In this document: positions 15,092 to 19,790 of the stretch, in pieces
Position numbering within the stretch: position 1 is the first letter of the stretch
Layout: each line of letters begins with the position of its first letter
Program-made: the position numbers and the translations under genes
Notes under the pieces: generated by a model
What the model saw: the letters and a program-made list of their open reading frames with translations, nothing else
What the model was told of the DNA's origin: nothing
Database searches by the model: none
NCBI GenBank assembly: GCA_020354945.1
Contig: CP070655.1
Span: 202,297-222,086 of the forward strand
Length of the DNA: 19,790 nt
Direction of reading: 5' to 3'
From: Candidatus Omnitrophota bacterium
Lineage (GTDB): Bacteria > Omnitrophota > Gorgyraeia > JABMRG01 > JAFGKX01

Positions 15092-15745
15092 TCAATGTTT
15101 TCTAATTTTTAGGCGCTCGGCTATTATAACTGCCTCCAGCTGCGAAAGGGCGTCTTTAAGCCTGCAATTTACAATAGCATAATCGTATTTGTGTAAATAA
15201 GAAAGCTCTTCTTTCGCTATTTCAAGTCTTTTATTTATTTCGCCTTTAGAATCGGCGTGACGTTTCATCAATCTTTTATTCAATGCGTCTAATGAGGGGG
15301 GCAATATAAAGATGAACACGCTTCGCGGGCCAAGTAGTCTTTTTATTTGCATAGCGCCTTTTACATCTATGCTCAGCAATATATCTTTATTGTTTTTGAG
15401 GGTTTTTTTGATAGGCCCGCTGGGTGTGCCGTAAAAATTTCCGAAGACTCTGGCGTGTTCAATAAATTTGCCTTTTTTTATTAATGTTTTGAATTCTTTG
15501 GTTGAAACAAAGTGGTAATCGATGCCGTCCCGCTCCCCTCTTCTGGGGGCCCTGGTGGTAAAAGATGCTGAGCGGCATAGCCCTGGCATGTTTTTTAAGA
15601 GCCTCTTGCATAGAGTTGTTTTGCCGCATCCGGAAGGGGCTGAAACTACAAAAATGGTCCCGAATCGCCGGGTCCCGGAAGAAATTCTCAAGGAAGAATT
15701 TACGTTCGGGATGCCTGTTTTCTTTTTGATTTTAGCTATAGGCAT
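15092..15745 (-). CDS. gmk: Guanylate kinase
   Basis: Motifs VSAPSGCGKTT, SFTTRAPRRGERDGIDYHF, FYGT, IDVKGA and FILPPS. Confidence 0.97.
   Translation of the reverse strand: MPIAKIKKKTGIPNVNSSLRISSGTRRFGTIFVVSAPSGCGKTTLCKRLLKNMPGLCRSASFTTRAPRRGERDGIDYHFVSTKEFKTLIKKGKFIEHARVFGNFYGTPSGPIKKTLKNNKDILLSIDVKGAMQIKRLLGPRSVFIFILPPSLDALNKRLMKRHADSKGEINKRLEIAKEELSYLHKYDYAIVNCRLKDALSQLEAVIIAERLKIRKH
15659..15712. repeat. 54-bp palindromic segment in frame in the gmk 5' end
   Basis: Minus strand ATCCCGAA-CGT-AAATTCT-TCCTTG-AGAATTT-C-TTCCGGGACC-CGGCGA-TTCGGG. Confidence 0.65.
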
Positions 15746-15761
15746 TCTACGCTATCTGGTA

Positions 15762-16010
15762 TCAAAATCTCCGGGCTATGGTTTCTGGTTGAGCGCTGGA
15801 TAAAATTACATGATTGCTTACTGTAATTATTACCGTGTTTGTACGCCTTCCATTGGTAGCGTCTACTAGGCGATTTTCTCTTTTCGCTATACCCTTTAAT
15901 CTTTTAACCGGCGCTGCGTCAGCCGAAACCACTGCTACCACTTTATCTTTTGCTATCGCGTTTTTAAAGCCTACATTAATTAGCGGATTTATTTTTTTAT
16001 TACTCGACAT
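15762..16010 (-). CDS. remA: RemA/DUF370 family regulator
   Basis: LINVGFKN...SADAAPVKRL...LVDATNGRRT...HVILSSAQPETIARR; conserved yloC-remA-gmk-rpoZ-coaBC synteny. Confidence 0.92.
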   Translation of the reverse strand: MSSNKKINPLINVGFKNAIAKDKVVAVVSADAAPVKRLKGIAKRENRLVDATNGRRTNTVIITVSNHVILSSAQPETIARRF

Positions 16011-16881
16011 TTTGGGTTTGTTCTCTTATTTTTTCTACAAGTCCTTTTATCTCTATTGTCTCTTTAGAAATTTTAAAGTTGCCGGCCTTAGCCCCAATGG
16101 TGTTGGCTTCGCGAGAAATCTCCTGGGCAATAAAATCCAGATGTTTCCCCACCCCTCTATGGTTGTGCGCAGCCTTCTTAAGGGCTTTTATGTGCGCGTC
16201 TATTCTGCAGGTTTCCTCAGAGATGTCATAGTTTCTAATGAATATGGCGGCCTCTTCTTCCAGTTTTTCTCGATTATAAATCTTGGTTTGCCCGGTAATA
16301 TTTTTTATATTGCTCGCTAGCTTGTCTTTGTATGTCTTTTTAAATTCTGCGGAGTAGCGCTTTATAGCATTAAGGGAGGTCTCTATTTTTTTGCTTATAC
16401 CAAACAGGTGCGCTTTAAGCATCCTGCCTTCTTGTTGTTTAGAAACCAGCAGTTGCCTTATTGCTCTGGCAAGGGCCTTTTTTATTAATGGCCATAGATG
16501 TTTTATATCCGCTTTTTGCGGAATATAAGTCATTATCCCCGGCATAGACACTATCTGTTGCAGCGTAACGTTGCCCGAAAGCCCGGCAGTTTTTTTTAGG
16601 TTGCCTAATAGTTTTGCATATCGACGAGCAGTTTTCGTGTCTATTAACGCATCGGTTCCTTTCCTGCTTAGGTCTTCGTAATCCAAAGAAAGGCTGATTC
16701 TGCCCCGGCTTATGTCTTTTTGGGCTCTCGCTTTAATTTTGTCTTCATAAACAAGAAACCCCGGCGGAAGCCTGTTTATCATATCAAAATATTTATGGTT
16801 CAGGCTTTTGATCTCTATATAAATCTTTGCCCGGCTATCTTCTGCTTCGCCCCTTCCAAAACCGGTCATACTTCTTAACAA
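16000..16881 (-). CDS. yicC: YicC/YloC family endoribonuclease
   Basis: Motifs SMTGFGR, EIKSLNHKYFD, DISEE, GKHLDFIAQEISREANTIGAK and EKIREQTQNVE; TTG start with SD GGAGG. Confidence 0.95.
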   Translation of the reverse strand: MLRSMTGFGRGEAEDSRAKIYIEIKSLNHKYFDMINRLPPGFLVYEDKIKARAQKDISRGRISLSLDYEDLSRKGTDALIDTKTARRYAKLLGNLKKTAGLSGNVTLQQIVSMPGIMTYIPQKADIKHLWPLIKKALARAIRQLLVSKQQEGRMLKAHLFGISKKIETSLNAIKRYSAEFKKTYKDKLASNIKNITGQTKIYNREKLEEEAAIFIRNYDISEETCRIDAHIKALKKAAHNHRGVGKHLDFIAQEISREANTIGAKAGNFKISKETIEIKGLVEKIREQTQNVE

Positions 16882-16901
16882 TTGTTCCTCCCTGTTTTAG
16901 T

Positions 16902-16972
16902 TAGGATTAAGTTGCAAGGATTAAGGATTAAGTTTTCCCTGCTTATTACTTAATCCTTAATTCTTAATTCTT
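16902..16972. repeat. Heptamer-periodic inverted repeat (AAGGATT / CTTAATY type)
   Basis: TAGGATT AAGTTGC AAGGATT AAGGATT AAG ... CTTATTA CTTAATC CTTAATT CTTAATT CTT. Confidence 0.85.
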
Positions 16973-16974
16973 TC

Positions 16975-17475
16975 TCACGCCCACTCTTTCTCTCTAACTT
17001 CATGAGAGATTGTCTTGGCGGGATAAAGATCAACGATTATTTCATCCGGCTTAAACCAGAGTTTAATTTCCCGTTTTGCCTCTTTTAGATTGGTCGAGGC
17101 ATGAATTGCATTTTCATAGACGCCACTGGTAGTTATCCTGCCATATTGTCCGCGAATACTTATCGAATCTGCCTCTTCCGGATTGGTGGCTCCGGCAAGT
17201 TGACGGACCTTCTCAATGGCTCCCTCACCATAATAAATCATTGCTAAAACCTTGCGCCTGGCATGAAGCTCTCCTTTAATATATTTAATAAGCTCATCAT
17301 AAAAGGGTTTGTCTTTCAAGTGCTTATAATGTTCTCTGGCGAGTTCGTCCGAAACAGAGACCATCTTGGCAGCTACTATCTCCAGCTTCGTCTCTGACAA
17401 ACGGGTAAGTATGTTGCCTGTAAGGGATTTTACCAGGCCATCCGGCTTTATTAAAACAAGCGTTGGTTCTTTCAT
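16975..17475 (-). CDS. ndk: Nucleoside diphosphate kinase
   Basis: Motifs TLVLIKPDG, HYKHLKDKPFY, GATNP, SIRGQYG, NAIHAS (catalytic His) and EIKLWF. Confidence 0.96.
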   Translation of the reverse strand: MKEPTLVLIKPDGLVKSLTGNILTRLSETKLEIVAAKMVSVSDELAREHYKHLKDKPFYDELIKYIKGELHARRKVLAMIYYGEGAIEKVRQLAGATNPEEADSISIRGQYGRITTSGVYENAIHASTNLKEAKREIKLWFKPDEIIVDLYPAKTISHEVREKEWA

Positions 17476-17488
17476 TATTAATATACGT

Positions 17489-17516
17489 ATTATATTAAAA
17501 AGAACTAAAATGTCAA
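17489..17516 (-). promoter_or_regulatory. Consensus sigma70 promoter of ndk
   Basis: TTGACA (17516-17511), 16 bp, TATAAT (17494-17489). Confidence 0.7.
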
Positions 17517-17589
17517 TTCTATTTTATGAAATTGTTGAAACGTTCCTTTTCCCGCTTTAAAATGTAATTTTTCAGCACTCTCTTTATAA

Positions 17590-18438
17590 TTATTGACCAG
17601 AGGGTTTGATTTTGTTGATTATCCTGTCTAAATCCTCAGATGAATAATATTCTATTATGATCTTGCCTCTTTTTTTACTGTGATGAATTCTCACTTTCGT
17701 TGCCAGAATGTTCTGCAAGATTTCCTCCTGTTTTACAAGGTGCTGGTCTTTTATAATCTTGGTTCCCGGGCGCCTTTTAAGCTGGGGCCTTGCCAGTGCT
17801 TCTGTCTCGCGCACAGATAGGCCTTTTTTAATAACCTTCTTGCATAGATTGAGCCGCTGCTGTAATCCTTTCACAGACAGAATGGCCCGCGCATGGCCCG
17901 AACTAATCTGCCCTTGAACGACACATCGCTGTATCTCAAGCGGAAGGCTTAACAAGCGAAGCGTGTTTGTGACTGAAGTGCGGTCTTTTCCTATCGTCTG
18001 GGCTATTCTTTCCTGGGTAAAACCAAATTCTTCCATCAGCCGTTTATAGGCGTGGGCCTCCTCTATGGGGTTTAGCTCCTCCCTCTGTATGTTTTCTACA
18101 AGAGACAATTCTATCGCGCCTACGTCATCCACATTCTTGAGAATAACAGGGGCTTTCTCCACCCCTAATTTTTTCATCGCGCGTAATCTTCTTTCACCGG
18201 CAATAAGTTCAAAACCGCCCTCTACCCGCCTTACCAACAGGGGCTGGACAACCCCCTTCTCCCTGATAGAGGCTATGAGCTCGTTGAGTTTTTCTTCATT
18301 AAAATCTTCTCTGGGTTGGTATCTGTTGGGCAATACCTCCCCAACGTTAATATAGGTAACTGCTTCTCCCTGCTGTTTTGTTTCTGCCTCCGGAATAAGG
18401 GCCTGTAATCCTTTCCCTAATGCTTTTCTCTTTTCCAT
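17590..18438 (-). CDS. parB: Chromosome partitioning protein ParB/Spo0J
   Basis: Motifs KALGKGLQALI, PNRYQPR, IAGERRLRA (CTP-binding), ENIQREELNPIEEA and HTH TQERIAQTIGKDRTSVTNTLRLL. Confidence 0.97.
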   Translation of the reverse strand: MEKRKALGKGLQALIPEAETKQQGEAVTYINVGEVLPNRYQPREDFNEEKLNELIASIREKGVVQPLLVRRVEGGFELIAGERRLRAMKKLGVEKAPVILKNVDDVGAIELSLVENIQREELNPIEEAHAYKRLMEEFGFTQERIAQTIGKDRTSVTNTLRLLSLPLEIQRCVVQGQISSGHARAILSVKGLQQRLNLCKKVIKKGLSVRETEALARPQLKRRPGTKIIKDQHLVKQEEILQNILATKVRIHHSKKRGKIIIEYYSSEDLDRIINKIKPSGQ

Positions 18439-18483
18439 GTTTTTGTCTCCTTCGCCTACCGCTAACCGGCAAAACAGAAAAAT

Positions 18484-19386
18484 CTAACCTTTGTGCTGGC
18501 GGTTACTGTTTTCTCCAATGCCACGTTTTTCCCCTACGCTACTTTCTAAGCGTTTATTCGCTTCTGTTTGCACGGCCTCTTCCTTGGTTTCTTCTGGCTT
18601 TTTTTGTTCTAACTTATTGTAAATCTTGGAGTTACGTAAAATAAATTCCTCTGCTAATTGGTTATAGGATAAGGCTCCCTGGGAATTTTTATCATAGCTC
18701 ATTATGGGTTCTCCATGGCCCGGCGCCTCACTCAACCTTACTGAACGCGGTACAATTGTATTATATACTTTATCTTTAAGGAATCTCCTGGCTTCCTCAA
18801 TTACCTCCCCTGTTAAGCGGGTCCTGTAATCTGCCATTGTAAGCAAAACTCCTTCGATCGTAAGGGGTGGGTTTAGGTTCTGCTTAATCAACTCTATGGC
18901 ATTAAAAAGCTGGCTTAATCCTTCCATTGCATAATATTCACATTGCAACGGGATAAGTGCGCTATTTGATACAACCAATGAGTTTATGGTCAGAATCCCC
19001 AGGCTTGGCGGGCAATCTATGAAAACAAAATCAAATAGTTGTTTTGTGGCTTCGACGGCTTTCTTTAGCTTTTGTTCTCTGCCTAAAGCAGTTATCAGTT
19101 CTATACGCGCTCCGATAAGTTCCAGATTAGACGGGGCGAGATATAAATTGTTTATTTTGGTCGGTTTTATTATTTCATCGATTGAAACCTGTTCTAATAA
19201 AACATGATATATGTTTTTGGGCAAAAGGTTTTTTCTGGCGCCAAGGCCGCTGGTTGCATTAGCCTGCGGGTCTATATCTATTAATAAAACCTTAAACCCT
19301 TTTTGCGATAGGGAGGCGGAGAGATTAATGGCGGTGGTTGTCTTGCCCACTCCTCCTTTTTGGTTACATATCGATATTATCTTCAT
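18484..19386 (-). CDS. parA: Chromosome partitioning ATPase ParA/Soj
   Basis: Deviant Walker A NQKGGVGKTTT, DIDPQANATSG, IDCPPSLG, QCEYYAMEG and RLSEAPGHG. Confidence 0.97.
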   Translation of the reverse strand: MKIISICNQKGGVGKTTTAINLSASLSQKGFKVLLIDIDPQANATSGLGARKNLLPKNIYHVLLEQVSIDEIIKPTKINNLYLAPSNLELIGARIELITALGREQKLKKAVEATKQLFDFVFIDCPPSLGILTINSLVVSNSALIPLQCEYYAMEGLSQLFNAIELIKQNLNPPLTIEGVLLTMADYRTRLTGEVIEEARRFLKDKVYNTIVPRSVRLSEAPGHGEPIMSYDKNSQGALSYNQLAEEFILRNSKIYNKLEQKKPEETKEEAVQTEANKRLESSVGEKRGIGENSNRQHKG

Positions 19387-19391
19387 TATAT

Positions 19392-19431
19392 CTGTTTTCA
19401 GTTGTCAGCGCTGGCGACTGAATACTGATTA
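19392..19431. repeat. Heptamer-periodic inverted repeat (CAG/CTG type)
   Basis: CTGTTTT CAGTTGT CAG-CG-CTGGCGA CTGAATA CTGATTA. Confidence 0.75.
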
Positions 19432-19447
19432 TGTTGCTCGTGAAACT
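19432..19447. promoter_or_regulatory. parS-like centromere site
   Basis: TGTTGCTCGTGAAACT versus the consensus TGTTNCACGTGAAACA (2 mismatches), directly upstream of parAB. Confidence 0.65.
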
Positions 19448-19469
19448 GTTGCGCGTGCTTTTTTCTTTT

Positions 19470-19498
19470 AAATTACCAGATATGGGCTTATATGTCAA
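19470..19498 (-). promoter_or_regulatory. Putative sigma70 promoter of parAB
   Basis: TTGACA (19498-19493), 17 bp, TAATTT (19475-19470), with an extended -10 TG. Confidence 0.6.
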
Positions 19499-19567
19499 TA
19501 GAATATTTTCCCACATACCATTTATTATAAAAATACGTCGGTAATAATTAGCATGGAGGGTTTATTT

Positions 19568-19756
19568 TCAGGCGTGCTTTTTAATTGTAACTCGAATCCG
19601 GGCTGGTTTGGCTCCGTTCATATCAAAAAGGCCTCTTTCTCCTTCTGCAAGCACTTTGATTTCAACGTCTTTCCTTTTACAATTTAATGTCTTAAGGGCT
19701 TTGCCGATAGCTTCCATTACGGTATTCGCTTCTACTTCTATATAATCTGGTCTCAT
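19568..19756 (-). CDS. Stand-alone Jag N-terminal domain protein
   Basis: IEVEANTVMEAIGKALKTL...DVEIKVLAEGERGLF....KPARIRV matches the Jag_N pattern; it stops after 62 aa with no KH or R3H domain. Confidence 0.85.
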   Translation of the reverse strand: MRPDYIEVEANTVMEAIGKALKTLNCKRKDVEIKVLAEGERGLFDMNGAKPARIRVTIKKHA

Positions 19757-19760
19757 TATT

Positions 19761-19790
19761 CAGTTTTCAGTTATCAGTTTTCAGCAACTG
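19761..19790. repeat. Heptamer-periodic inverted repeat (CAG/CTG type), cut by the window edge
   Basis: CAGTTTT CAGTTAT CAGTTTT CAG-CAA-CTG... Confidence 0.75.

Noticed and set aside
18439-18515. Possible repeat element at the parA-parB junction (CGCCTAC CGCTAAC CG)
   Set aside because: Only two degenerate units, and the complementary segments are not in inverted order.
19500-19567. oriC in the AT-rich jag-parA gap
   Set aside because: Only one weak DnaA-box-like 9-mer (TTTCCCACA) and no box cluster.

Overview
A housekeeping region of a diderm bacterium: it carries the LPS heptose epimerase hldD, and the gene order and repeat style suggest a Candidatus Omnitrophota-like lineage (inference only). 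All genes are on the minus strand. Reading right to left: stand-alone Jag_N protein, parA, parB, ndk, yicC, remA, gmk, rpoZ, split coaC/coaB, tRNA-Cys/Val/Leu, thrS, infC (ATA start), rpmI, rplT, ktrB, ktrA, pheS, pheT, hldD, 6S RNA, rarA, a small exported protein, 5-formyl-THF cyclo-ligase and rny (truncated at the window edge). The jag-parA-parB block with a parS-like site suggests the region is near the origin. The unusual part is non-coding. Most intergenic gaps hold small palindromic elements: seven heptamer-periodic inverted repeats, a ~205-bp multibranched hairpin rich in tandem G.A motifs between infC and rpmI, and several REP-like palindromes, two of them nested inside heptamer arrays. 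Palindromes also sit in frame in the N-termini of Gmk and CoaB. No transposase or nuclease that could mobilise these elements is encoded in the window.
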